Made by a program: the position numbers and the translations under genes. A stretch of DNA of 36,331 bases from Bacilli bacterium. Its GTDB lineage: Bacteria; Bacillota_I; Bacilli_A; ML615J-28; CAG-698. Shown here one piece after another: positions 8,948-17,772 of the stretch (position 1 is the stretch's first letter; every line of letters starts with the position of its first letter). Location of the stretch: assembly GCA_041667425.1 (NCBI GenBank), contig JBAYFA010000001.1:1-36331 (forward strand), in the 5' to 3' direction. The notes beneath the pieces are model-generated. The model did not search any database. It was not told where the DNA came from and saw nothing but the letters and a program-made list of their open reading frames with translations.

Positions 8948-10480
8948 ATGAAACATGATACCATTGTTGTTATTGACTATGGAAGTCAATACAATCAACT
9001 TATTGTTCGACGACTTCGTTCCCTTGGAGTATATGCAGAACTCATTAGTTATGATACTCCGATGGAATCATTTGTTGATTGTCCCGAAGTGAAAGGGTTT
9101 ATTTTAAGCGGAGGTCCTCACTCTGTGTATGATGAAGATGCTTTTTTGGTACCTGCTATCATGATGATGAGTGGTAAACCTATTTTAGGTATTTGCTATG
9201 GAATGCAAGCTCTTGCTAGTTATTTCGGAGGAGATGTCAGGCAAGGATCAAGGCGTGAATATGGGTTACAAACCCTTCATCAAATAACATCACATGCCTT
9301 GTTTTCTAATATTCCAGTAAATTCATCGGTTTGGATGAGTCATCAAGATGAGGTGAAAATACTTCCAAAAGGATTTGTTGCTCTCGCGAAAACAGAGTAT
9401 ATTATGGCCGCCATGGCTAATGATGACCAAAAAATATATGGTGTTCAATTTCATCCAGAAGTTAAACACACTGAATATGGAATGCAAATATTACACAATT
9501 TCGTTTTTGACATTTGCAAAGCAAAACCTACGTGGTCTATTGATCATTTTATTGAAGAACAAGTTGAATTTATTCGTGCTCGTGTTCAAAATGAACAAGT
9601 AATTATGGGAATTTCTGGAGGCGTCGATTCGTCGGTTGCTGCGGTTCTCATTCATCGAGCGATTCCCAATCAACTGACTTGTGTGTTTGTTGATCATGGA
9701 TTGTTACGCGAAGGCGAAGCTGAACAAGTCATGAGTGCTTTTCGTGATAAATATCACATTGATGTGATTCAAGTGAATGCAAAAGAACATTTCTTAGCAA
9801 AACTAGAGGGCGTGAGTGATCCGGAAACTAAACGTAAAATTATTGGTAAAGAATTTATTACAATATTTGATGCTGAAGCAAAAAAAAGAGGTCATTATGC
9901 TTTTTTAGGGCAAGGGACCTTGTATACTGATAAAATTGAATCTGGAACTAAAACAGCACAAACGATTAAATCTCATCACAATGTGGGGGGACTTCCTAAA
10001 GATATGGCTTTTCAACTCATTGAACCACTTGATCATTTATTTAAAGATGAAGTGAGAGCATTGGGGGTTACTTTGGGGTTAGATGAAGGGTTCATTAATC
10101 GGCAACCATTTCCAGGGCCAGGTTTAGCGATTCGTATTTTAGGAGCCATTACTCCCTTAAAAATTGATATTGCTCGTGAAAGTGATGCTATTTTACAACA
10201 AGAAATTAAACGGGCAAAACTAGATCATGAGATTTGGCAATATTTTACAGTCGTACCCGATATTCATAGCGTTGGGGTCATGGGTGATCAAAGAACCTAT
10301 GATCATAGTGTTGTCATTCGGGCAGTGACATCCGTTGATGGAATGACAGCAGATTGGGCGAAGATTCCCTATGAGGTATTAGATACCATATCGCGACGGA
10401 TTGTTAATGAAGTGTCACACGTCAATCGCATTGTATATGATATTACCTCAAAACCTCCAGCTACGATTGAATGGGAGTAA
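8948..10480 (+). CDS. guaA: GMP synthase (glutamine-hydrolysing)
   Basis: The N-terminus reads MKHDT..., followed by IVVIDYGSQYNQLI. GATase Cys in GICYGMQ. PP-loop SGGVDSSV. C-terminal dimerisation domain ends IEWE. GAGG RBS 5 nt upstream. The ORF-track start at 8783 lies inside guaB. Confidence 0.95.
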   Translation: MKHDTIVVIDYGSQYNQLIVRRLRSLGVYAELISYDTPMESFVDCPEVKGFILSGGPHSVYDEDAFLVPAIMMMSGKPILGICYGMQALASYFGGDVRQGSRREYGLQTLHQITSHALFSNIPVNSSVWMSHQDEVKILPKGFVALAKTEYIMAAMANDDQKIYGVQFHPEVKHTEYGMQILHNFVFDICKAKPTWSIDHFIEEQVEFIRARVQNEQVIMGISGGVDSSVAAVLIHRAIPNQLTCVFVDHGLLREGEAEQVMSAFRDKYHIDVIQVNAKEHFLAKLEGVSDPETKRKIIGKEFITIFDAEAKKRGHYAFLGQGTLYTDKIESGTKTAQTIKSHHNVGGLPKDMAFQLIEPLDHLFKDEVRALGVTLGLDEGFINRQPFPGPGLAIRILGAITPLKIDIARESDAILQQEIKRAKLDHEIWQYFTVVPDIHSVGVMGDQRTYDHSVVIRAVTSVDGMTADWAKIPYEVLDTISRRIVNEVSHVNRIVYDITSKPPATIEWE

Positions 10481-10499
10481 CATACTCGGTATTAATAAC

Positions 10500-10527
10500 T
10501 TGCAAAAAGGCATTCTTATGGTATAAT
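10500..10527 (+). promoter_or_regulatory. Predicted sigma-A promoter
   Basis: TTGCAA, 16-nt spacer, TGgTATAAT. Confidence 0.5.
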
Positions 10528-10557
10528 GAGGCTACAAAAAAGAAGAGGTAAATCGTA

Positions 10558-11121
10558 ATGTGGAAATGGCTAATTGATTTTATTAACTCAGTTCCTTTAT
10601 GGGAATTAGCACTTATATTTTTCGCCAGAATTATTGAAGTGTCAATGGGAACCCTTCGGGTCATTGTCATTAATAAGGGATATCGAACCCTGGGTGTTAT
10701 TTTAGCATTTTTTGAAGTCATGCTATGGGTGTTTGTCGCATCACGTGTTATTACTGGCATTGCTGAAAAACCATTAAAAGGAATTATCTATAGCTTGGGA
10801 TTTGCCTCAGGGGTATATTTGGGTTCGAAACTAGAATCAGCCCTTGCTTTAGGGAAAGTACTGATTCAAGTCATTACGTCAAGCGAATTAGGAGCGACAC
10901 TTGCAACCAATCTTCGGAATCAACGATTGGGTGTGACGGCACTGGATGCACATGGGAAAGATTCAGATAAAGTATTACTGATGATTTATACCAATCGAAA
11001 AGGGAAAGAAAGTGTGATGGAACAAATCAAGGCGATTGATGATAAAGCGTTGATTGTTAGTCATGATATTACCACCCTTCAAGGGGGATATATTAATAAA
11101 ACTAGAGGATTTATTAAGTAA
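10558..11121 (+). CDS. UPF0316-family membrane protein (DUF5698 N-terminal, DUF2179 C-terminal; B. subtilis YebE-like)
   Basis: Three N-terminal TM helices with RIIEVSMGTLRVIV. The C-terminal soluble domain ends QGGYI, which matches my recollection of the family pattern. Confidence 0.6.
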   Translation: MWKWLIDFINSVPLWELALIFFARIIEVSMGTLRVIVINKGYRTLGVILAFFEVMLWVFVASRVITGIAEKPLKGIIYSLGFASGVYLGSKLESALALGKVLIQVITSSELGATLATNLRNQRLGVTALDAHGKDSDKVLLMIYTNRKGKESVMEQIKAIDDKALIVSHDITTLQGGYINKTRGFIK

Positions 11122-11128
11122 AAAAAAT

Positions 11129-11167
11129 AGTGCACGATATTTGATATGATATCAAATGTCGTGCACT
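11129..11167. terminator. Bidirectional terminator between convergent genes
   Basis: A ~17-bp near-perfect palindrome, AGTGCACGATATTTGATAT / ATATCAAATGTCGTGCACT, flanked by an A7 run upstream and a T-rich tract downstream. Confidence 0.75.
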
Positions 11168-11177
11168 TTATTTATGA

Positions 11178-13358
11178 TTATTTGTGACCCCATTTTTTAA
11201 TGATAATTTTATCAGTAATGAATAAGGTTTGTGGCAATACAAAGAGAACAAGAACAATCGAAGCGATTGCTCCTCGACCAATTAAGGTTCCAAATACAGC
11301 AATAGAGGGAATGGAAGATGTCCATCCTAGGGTATATCCAGCCCCAATCAAAATCAACCCAGACGTGAATACAGTATGTTTGGCTTCATTAAAAGCTAAT
11401 TGCATGGATTCAACTTTACTAAGATTTTGGCGATTCTCGCGATATTTATGAGTGAAGAGGATCGCATAATCAATGGTTGCTCCGAGCATAACACAACTTA
11501 CGATCACATATCCCAAGTATAAAAGGTTGGTTCCCATAATAACCGGAATAGACATATTAATCCAAGTGGCTCCTAAGATTAATATAATTAGTATAAATGG
11601 AACCACGATGTTTTGGAATGACAGAATGATGATGATGAGAATGAGAGCAGCGGTGATGATGGTTACTTTCCAGTAGTCATCGTCGATGATTGTTTTGATA
11701 TCTAGAATACCGACACTTTCTCCCAATAAATAGTATTCATCATAATGGTCACTCAGTATATTGTCAACGGCATTGATGAAGGCAAAGGCTTCTTCACTTT
11801 CAGCTTCAAAATGAGTGGTTATTATGATGCGATCAACATGGTCACCTTCGAGTTCAACGAGAGCCCCTTGCATTTGATAGATGAATGGGGCAAGAGCTGC
11901 TTTATTTTCAGCAGGAATGAGAGGTGTTTCATTAATATAAGCAACCATTTCAATAATGGAGAATGAATCTCTTAAATATTGTGCTTGCATCATATCAAAG
12001 ATTCCTCCCAATGAAGCTGCTTCTCCTCCTACCCCAAAGGATGTGAGAAGTTCTATAAATTGGGGTTTGGTGTAAGGAGTATAAAATATAAATGGTCCGA
12101 CAACAGAGGATACTGATGGATTAGCAAGAAGAGGTGATAAATCTTGTATAAACGCTCCTTGAGTCGCAAGATCGGTTGGGACTAATATGACGACAGGATT
12201 ATTAAGTCCAAATTCGTTTTTAATGGCATCATAACTAGCACCCAGGGTTGGGCTTTCATGGACAATTTTATTTTCACTATAAATAAAGGCGTTTTTGGTT
12301 TGCATGAAGAATGATAAACCGATGACAACCAAGGCAATAAATGGGGCGATATAACGGGTTTTATATAAAAACGTATAAGTTCTTTTGAGGGGTCTAAAAA
12401 TAGAACGGTGACGAGTTTTTTCAATTAGTTTCGAAAACATCAAAATAAGTCCAGGCATTAATAAGAAGGTGGTTGCGAAACTAATAAGAGTTCCTTTAAT
12501 TAAAACAATTCCGACATCGAAACCGATGCGATATCTCATAAATAATAAGGCGACAAATCCAGCAACAGTCGTAAGCATACTCGCTAAAATGGGAATAAAA
12601 CTTTTTTTACCAGCAACGACAATGGCTTCTTTATAATCTTTTCCTAAGAGACGTTCTTCTTTATAACTATGCAGCATCATAACCGTATAGTCCATACATA
12701 AAGCAAGTTGTAAAATGGCACAAGTTGAATGGGTCATGTAGGAAATGCTAGGGAAAATGGCGTTAGATCCCATATTTATTAGGATAGAGATCAAAACCAC
12801 AATGATGAATAACAAGGGCTCAACCCAAGAGGTCGTCGCTAAGAACAAAATAATTAAGACAATTGGAACTAATATTAAAATAATTTTTAATATTTCATCT
12901 TGAATAACATGGTTATACTCAATGGCATTGACAGATTCTCCACGTAAATAGATGTCATGTTCATTTAGTAACAAACGAAGAGCATCCAATGTGGTTTGCG
13001 TTTTATCGTCATAATTTCCAGTGGTAAAGGTGATTTGATATAAGGCGTTGTCATCGTGAAAATAAGCGTCTTGTGTGGGAATAAAGGTGACTGAATAAAT
13101 GCCATCCACTCCCATGATGGTTGTGTATAAAGCACCTGCTTCAGCCATGGTGATATCATTCACCATTATTTCGCAAGCTCCTTGATTTCCAAATTCTTCT
13201 TCCATGACTAGTAGTGCTTGTTTGGTATTGGTGTCATCAGGTAAGTAAGTGGTTCCATCATAGTTGATGGTGACACTTGGGATGAGAAGTCCTCCGATGA
13301 CAACCAAGGCAATAAATGCGGCTAAAATAAAATAACGAAAACGAATAATATATTTCAT
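11178..13358 (-). CDS. MMPL/RND-superfamily membrane transporter
   Basis: 726 aa with two repeats, each a TM helix, a large extracytoplasmic loop and a five-helix bundle, as in MMPL/YdfJ-type exporters. AGGAGG RBS. It is divergent from a TetR gene. Confidence 0.65.
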   Translation of the reverse strand: MKYIIRFRYFILAAFIALVVIGGLLIPSVTINYDGTTYLPDDTNTKQALLVMEEEFGNQGACEIMVNDITMAEAGALYTTIMGVDGIYSVTFIPTQDAYFHDDNALYQITFTTGNYDDKTQTTLDALRLLLNEHDIYLRGESVNAIEYNHVIQDEILKIILILVPIVLIILFLATTSWVEPLLFIIVVLISILINMGSNAIFPSISYMTHSTCAILQLALCMDYTVMMLHSYKEERLLGKDYKEAIVVAGKKSFIPILASMLTTVAGFVALLFMRYRIGFDVGIVLIKGTLISFATTFLLMPGLILMFSKLIEKTRHRSIFRPLKRTYTFLYKTRYIAPFIALVVIGLSFFMQTKNAFIYSENKIVHESPTLGASYDAIKNEFGLNNPVVILVPTDLATQGAFIQDLSPLLANPSVSSVVGPFIFYTPYTKPQFIELLTSFGVGGEAASLGGIFDMMQAQYLRDSFSIIEMVAYINETPLIPAENKAALAPFIYQMQGALVELEGDHVDRIIITTHFEAESEEAFAFINAVDNILSDHYDEYYLLGESVGILDIKTIIDDDYWKVTIITAALILIIIILSFQNIVVPFILIILILGATWINMSIPVIMGTNLLYLGYVIVSCVMLGATIDYAILFTHKYRENRQNLSKVESMQLAFNEAKHTVFTSGLILIGAGYTLGWTSSIPSIAVFGTLIGRGAIASIVLVLFVLPQTLFITDKIIIKKWGHK

Positions 13359-13383
13359 AAGTCCTCCTATATATGCTGTTCAG

Positions 13384-13417
13384 TAGTCAACACTGATATT
13401 AAACATTGTGTTGACTA
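13384..13417. promoter_or_regulatory. Candidate TetR operator: 10-bp inverted repeat TAGTCAACAC-N14-GTGTTGACTA
   Basis: Perfect 10-bp arms, read directly. The right arm contains the -35 (TTGACT) of the tetR promoter. Confidence 0.5.
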
Positions 13418-13439
13418 AGTCTTATAATTACATTATAAT
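13411..13439 (+). promoter_or_regulatory. Predicted sigma-A promoter of the TetR gene
   Basis: TTGACT, 17-nt spacer, TATAAT. Confidence 0.55.
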
Positions 13440-13522
13440 AGAGAATGTAAATAAAGCAATATGCAGTTACTTCAATTTTGTTTATTATTAAACAAAAGTA
13501 AGCGATGTGTTGAGGAGGACAT

Positions 13523-14080
13523 ATGGATCGACGAGTTGATAAAACAAAAAAATTGTTAAGAGAAACTTTGGTCACGCTCATGGAGGAAAAGGAACTTCGC
13601 AAAATAACGATTAGCGAAATGACCGCTCGGGCTAATATTAATCGTGGAACTTTTTATCTACACTATATAGATATCTACGATATGGTTGAAAAATTGGGAG
13701 ATGAAATTATTGATATTATCAAAGATATTATTGATAGTAATAACCCCATGAAAATGAATTATTTGTATTTACCTGTATTAGTTAAAATTGTCGAATATTT
13801 TTATCAAGACCAACGATTTATACAAGCGATGATTTCTGAAAATGGAGATCCTTTCTTTTTGAGCAGAATTCAAGATATTATGATTGAGTACACCTTACGG
13901 TTATATAAGAATAGTTTTAAAAACTATGATGAAAATTATGCGCGAGTTATTATGACTTTTATTGTTGCGGGAGGAGTGGGAGTATTTACTGAATGGTTTA
14001 AGAATGGATGTAGCACTCCGATTAATGAAGTCATTGCTCCGTGTGAGGCCATTATTTCCAAAGGAATGAATAATTTATAA
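13523..14080 (+). CDS. TetR/AcrR family transcriptional regulator
   Basis: N-terminal TetR HTH (ITISEMTARANINRGTFYLHY). GAGGAGG RBS. 185 aa. Confidence 0.85.
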   Translation: MDRRVDKTKKLLRETLVTLMEEKELRKITISEMTARANINRGTFYLHYIDIYDMVEKLGDEIIDIIKDIIDSNNPMKMNYLYLPVLVKIVEYFYQDQRFIQAMISENGDPFFLSRIQDIMIEYTLRLYKNSFKNYDENYARVIMTFIVAGGVGVFTEWFKNGCSTPINEVIAPCEAIISKGMNNL

Positions 14081-14084
14081 TAAT

Positions 14085-14111
14085 AAAACCCCCATCTTGT
14101 GTGGGGGTTTT
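14085..14111. terminator. Bidirectional terminator
   Basis: AAAACCCCCA-loop-TGGGGGTTTT between convergent genes. Confidence 0.8.
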
Positions 14112-14127
14112 ATTAGAGGTAGACAAT

Positions 14128-15930
14128 TTATTCAATAACGTAAGCGATGTTACGCCAGACATTCATAAAGTTTTCAATTTTATATTCTTCATAAACAGTA
14201 CTTAAATTAGGGTCATTTGCGAGAATATAGAGTTGATCACCTTGCCAACGGTATCCACGAATGACAATGAGATGACCACTGGTCGTCCATGTTTTGACTA
14301 ATTCTCCCACCATCGTCCCTTTAACAGATGCAGCAATTGGTCCGACGGTTGCCAGGTGATGAAGGAGTTCTTGATAAGAGTACATTCTTTTTACGTAACT
14401 GACTTCTCCAAAAGAACTTATTCCAACGGTGTTATAAACCCAGTTGCCATAAATGCCGCTATTGTATTCACGAACGATGCCAGCTATATAACGATGTTCA
14501 AGAGTATCAATGGATGAGAAATCATGGCCTTTATATTTGAGTAACATCGTTGAGGAGGTGGCACTACAAATGATTCCACCAATGGTTGGCACGACATGTT
14601 GGTATAGTTTTGGAACATCATAATCGATTTGCGTTGGTAAAGATGAAATGTCTACAGGGTATTGATATCCAGGAATTTCAAGTGCACAAGCAATGAGAGA
14701 AACACGGGGTGACGGATCAGTTAAAGTGGTTCGTCTTAACGTAAGTTTTACACGAATAGCCGTGGCTTTTTGTGAGTTAGCAATAATGAGTTCATCAGCA
14801 GATAGGCTAGCAACGGTATCAGAAGCATTATAACTTTTGTTTTCGCGACCTTTTCCCCATTCTCCGTAAGAGAAGTAACGACTCCAAATGGATCCGACCA
14901 ACACTTGAATTTGTAATTCAACTGTTGCATTTTCGGAACTAACTGCTGCCCAAGAAGCAACTGCAGAAGTAAAGCTAAGGGTATTGATAATACCCGTATT
15001 GTATTCTCCAGTTAGGGCAGTGGCTGATAAAACGAGTTGATTAGATTCGACCTCAATATCGGTTTTGATTCCCGCAAATGTGCGGTCAATTACCATATGA
15101 TTTAATTTTGAAACAATCACGCTATAAGTCCTCCGATCGTTTGAATTTAATGTCAATGTGAGTATGACAGTGTGTTGACCAGATAGGGTAGGATTTACCA
15201 CTCCTTGTTCGGAGATAATATCTGGATGAGAAGATGTCCAAGTACCAGTTAATGAAAAATTAAAAGTGGTTGGTAAGGTAATGTCCTCTGTCACATAGGA
15301 AGGAGGAGTTGCCTCTTCAAAGGTGATATCGATTTTTTCTTGTGCGGTCAACCCGATAATGGTGATATCAAAATCTCGGGTTGCTTCAGTTTTATCATAT
15401 TCAGTGATAACTGTTATGGTCACAACGGTATCATTTTCGGGAATGGTAACCCGACCGGTGTTGGATAGAATGGCTGTGTTGGCACTGGACCAACTCAGTT
15501 CTAATGTTTCTCCAAAGAAAGATAATGCTCTAGGAAAGGTAATGTTAATTTTGGTTGTCAGGGGCATAACTAGTGTATGGAGGGCATCTGTTAAGAACGC
15601 TTCTAATCCATATCCAGGAACTAACACAGTAAATGATTTTGATGCATTTTCTGTTGTGGATGACAAATATAAATGAAGGTCGATTTCTTCATCATAAATT
15701 CCTTGGTTGACTTCTCCAGCAGAGGATATAATGTCCTCATTATTAGATGTCCAAATGGCAATAACGTGGTCACCATTGACTACATATTCTTCAGGTAAAA
15801 CAAGATCTGTTAATGTTGAGGTAGGAATTTGAATCGTTTCAATGAAACTCTCGAGTGTTACTATTGGTTCTTGTGGGGTACACCCAGAAAGAGCCACGAG
15901 TAGTATTAATAGTAAAAATGTTTTCTTCAT
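14128..15930 (-). CDS. Surface lipoprotein with three short Ig-like repeat modules, a central beta-rich domain and a C-terminal papain-like (peptidase C39-like) domain
   Basis: Lipobox LVALSGC. Three modules carry the pattern LP..(n)..W(T/S)S(S/N)..(n)..G.V. The C-terminus has a candidate Cys (GGIICSATSS), His (SGHLIVIRGY) and Asn/Asp (ANDP). GGGAGG RBS. Confidence 0.6.
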   Translation of the reverse strand: MKKTFLLLILLVALSGCTPQEPIVTLESFIETIQIPTSTLTDLVLPEEYVVNGDHVIAIWTSNNEDIISSAGEVNQGIYDEEIDLHLYLSSTTENASKSFTVLVPGYGLEAFLTDALHTLVMPLTTKINITFPRALSFFGETLELSWSSANTAILSNTGRVTIPENDTVVTITVITEYDKTEATRDFDITIIGLTAQEKIDITFEEATPPSYVTEDITLPTTFNFSLTGTWTSSHPDIISEQGVVNPTLSGQHTVILTLTLNSNDRRTYSVIVSKLNHMVIDRTFAGIKTDIEVESNQLVLSATALTGEYNTGIINTLSFTSAVASWAAVSSENATVELQIQVLVGSIWSRYFSYGEWGKGRENKSYNASDTVASLSADELIIANSQKATAIRVKLTLRRTTLTDPSPRVSLIACALEIPGYQYPVDISSLPTQIDYDVPKLYQHVVPTIGGIICSATSSTMLLKYKGHDFSSIDTLEHRYIAGIVREYNSGIYGNWVYNTVGISSFGEVSYVKRMYSYQELLHHLATVGPIAASVKGTMVGELVKTWTTSGHLIVIRGYRWQGDQLYILANDPNLSTVYEEYKIENFMNVWRNIAYVIE

Positions 15931-15997
15931 GATAGCCTCCCAAGATATCCCTTATTTTAGCACAAATAAGCAAAAATTTCCAACAAAAAGAAATTTA

Positions 15998-16025
15998 TTG
16001 ATAAATATTGAGTTCATGCTATAAT
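15998..16025 (+). promoter_or_regulatory. Predicted sigma-A promoter of the 16031-18863 operon
   Basis: TTGATA, 16-nt spacer, TGcTATAAT. Confidence 0.5.
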
Positions 16026-16030
16026 ATTAG

Positions 16031-16288
16031 GTGAGGATGGTGGATTGGATGTATCATGCAAAAGGATTGATGGGTCGAATTGGAATGATTATGTTGTGGG
16101 TGGCGCTAGACACTATTTTGCTCTTTATTATCTTATTGGGAAGTCTTGAAAGACTATCTAAAATATTTTTAATTATTTTAATGATTGTGAGTTTGACCTA
16201 TTCTATTGTCGATTTTATTGTATATAAGAAACACGTTGATAAAACCATTCAACAACAGAAAGAAGAAAACAATGATAAAGAAAATTGA
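16031..16288 (+). CDS. Small membrane protein (2 TM helices, charged tail), start uncertain
   Basis: Two hydrophobic segments followed by KKHVDKTIQQQKEENNDKEN. Possible starts are GTG 16031, ATG 16037 and ATG 16049. No family recognised. Confidence 0.4.
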   Translation: MRMVDWMYHAKGLMGRIGMIMLWVALDTILLFIILLGSLERLSKIFLIILMIVSLTYSIVDFIVYKKHVDKTIQQQKEENNDKEN

Positions 16289-17273
16289 TCCTCAAATGAC
16301 GGATAATATGACTCTACCCTCAAATAAAGATCAGTGGATAAACTTAGATCATCCATCGCTTCGAGGAGTTGCTAGTCAATATCACTTTGAAAGATTGGGT
16401 AGTGCTCCTTTCGTGAGTAAAAATGTGGATGTGTTATCTAAGCATTCAAGTGGTATTAATATGATGTTTGAAACCAACTCAACGCATATTAAAGTTAAAG
16501 CCTCATTAATTGGTGCGGCCTATATGGCCCATATGACAGCCGTGGCAACGGTTGGATTTGATTTATATGTATTAAAGCGAGGAAAATGGGTCTTTTTAGC
16601 AACGACGAAAGTGAATGCGAGTGAATATGAAGTGACTTTACTGGAAGGTCTTACCCCAATAAAACGCACATATCGTCTATATTTTCCTTTATATCAAGCG
16701 GTGAACTCTGCTTATTTAGGGATAGATTACAAAGCGAGTTATGGCTTTTTAAAGCCTGAACAAGAAAAAATAGTGATCTATGGAACATCTATTTCTCAAG
16801 GAGGATGTGCGTCTCGTCCTGGATTAAGTTATGGATCCATGTTGGATCGTCGACTTCCCTATGAGGTCATTAATCTTGGGTTTTCAGGAAGTGCTCATAT
16901 GGAAGAAGCCATGATTGATATTTTAAAAAGTATTCCCAAACGATGGCTTATTTTAGAATTAGAAGCTAATAATGATACAACTATTCATGAAAAAATTAGT
17001 AACTTTTTAAATAAGATTCCTGATGAACGGGTGATTTTGATGTCGCATTTTCCACTATCAATGTCCCTCTTAAAGCCAGATATTAAAAAGCGGTTGATTC
17101 GTAATCGTTGTGCTCAGCAAGAAGCCTCTAAAAATATTATATTTATTGATGGGACTCGCTTGCTTCATAAGTATGGGTATGATGAAACCGTTGATGGCGT
17201 TCATCTTAATGATATTGGTTTTTATGCCATCGCAAACTATTTAGAAAAGGTCATTAATAATGATGGAAAATAA
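16272..17273 (+). CDS. SGNH/GDSL-type hydrolase with N-terminal GxDLY-type beta-sandwich domain
   Basis: VGFDLYV (GxDLY motif). Block I IYGTSISQGG with the Ser nucleophile. Block V DGVHLND (DxxH). ATG 16272 is preferred to the TTG at 16206. It overlaps the preceding ORF by 17 nt. Confidence 0.65.
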   Translation: MIKKIDPQMTDNMTLPSNKDQWINLDHPSLRGVASQYHFERLGSAPFVSKNVDVLSKHSSGINMMFETNSTHIKVKASLIGAAYMAHMTAVATVGFDLYVLKRGKWVFLATTKVNASEYEVTLLEGLTPIKRTYRLYFPLYQAVNSAYLGIDYKASYGFLKPEQEKIVIYGTSISQGGCASRPGLSYGSMLDRRLPYEVINLGFSGSAHMEEAMIDILKSIPKRWLILELEANNDTTIHEKISNFLNKIPDERVILMSHFPLSMSLLKPDIKKRLIRNRCAQQEASKNIIFIDGTRLLHKYGYDETVDGVHLNDIGFYAIANYLEKVINNDGK

Positions 17274-17772
17274 ACGAATTGTATTTGGTGGAGGATGCTT
17301 TTGGGGAGTGGAAGCATATTTTAAGCGCCTTAAAGGCGTGTGTTCAACGCGGGTTGGCTATGCAAATGGCAATAAGAAAAACCCAACCTACGAAGAATTA
17401 AAGGCTCATATCGCTACGCACGTTGAAGCCTGTGAAATTAGCTATGATCCTGCTTGCATAACTTTAGACTCTTTGCTATCACATCTGTTTCGCATTATTA
17501 ATCCTTATACGATTAATCGACAAGGTCCTGATATGGGTATTCAATATCGAAGTGGAATATATTATTCTAATGTAGAAGATAAGTCTATTATTGAGGCTTT
17601 TATTAAAAAAATTCAACAATCTAGTGTTCGTCAAATTGTTGTTGAAGTTAAAGAAGAACGCGAGTTTTATGCGGCTGAGGATTATCATCAAGATTATTTA
17701 ACCAAGAATCCCGGTGGATATTGTCATATCAATCTTGGGCTTTTGAGTAAGGAAGAAGATAAGAATTCATGA
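17260..17772 (+). CDS. msrA: Peptide-methionine (S)-S-oxide reductase
   Basis: GGGCFWGVEAYF active-site motif. EDYHQDYL near the C-terminus. 170 aa. Confidence 0.9.
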   Translation: MMENKRIVFGGGCFWGVEAYFKRLKGVCSTRVGYANGNKKNPTYEELKAHIATHVEACEISYDPACITLDSLLSHLFRIINPYTINRQGPDMGIQYRSGIYYSNVEDKSIIEAFIKKIQQSSVRQIVVEVKEEREFYAAEDYHQDYLTKNPGGYCHINLGLLSKEEDKNS

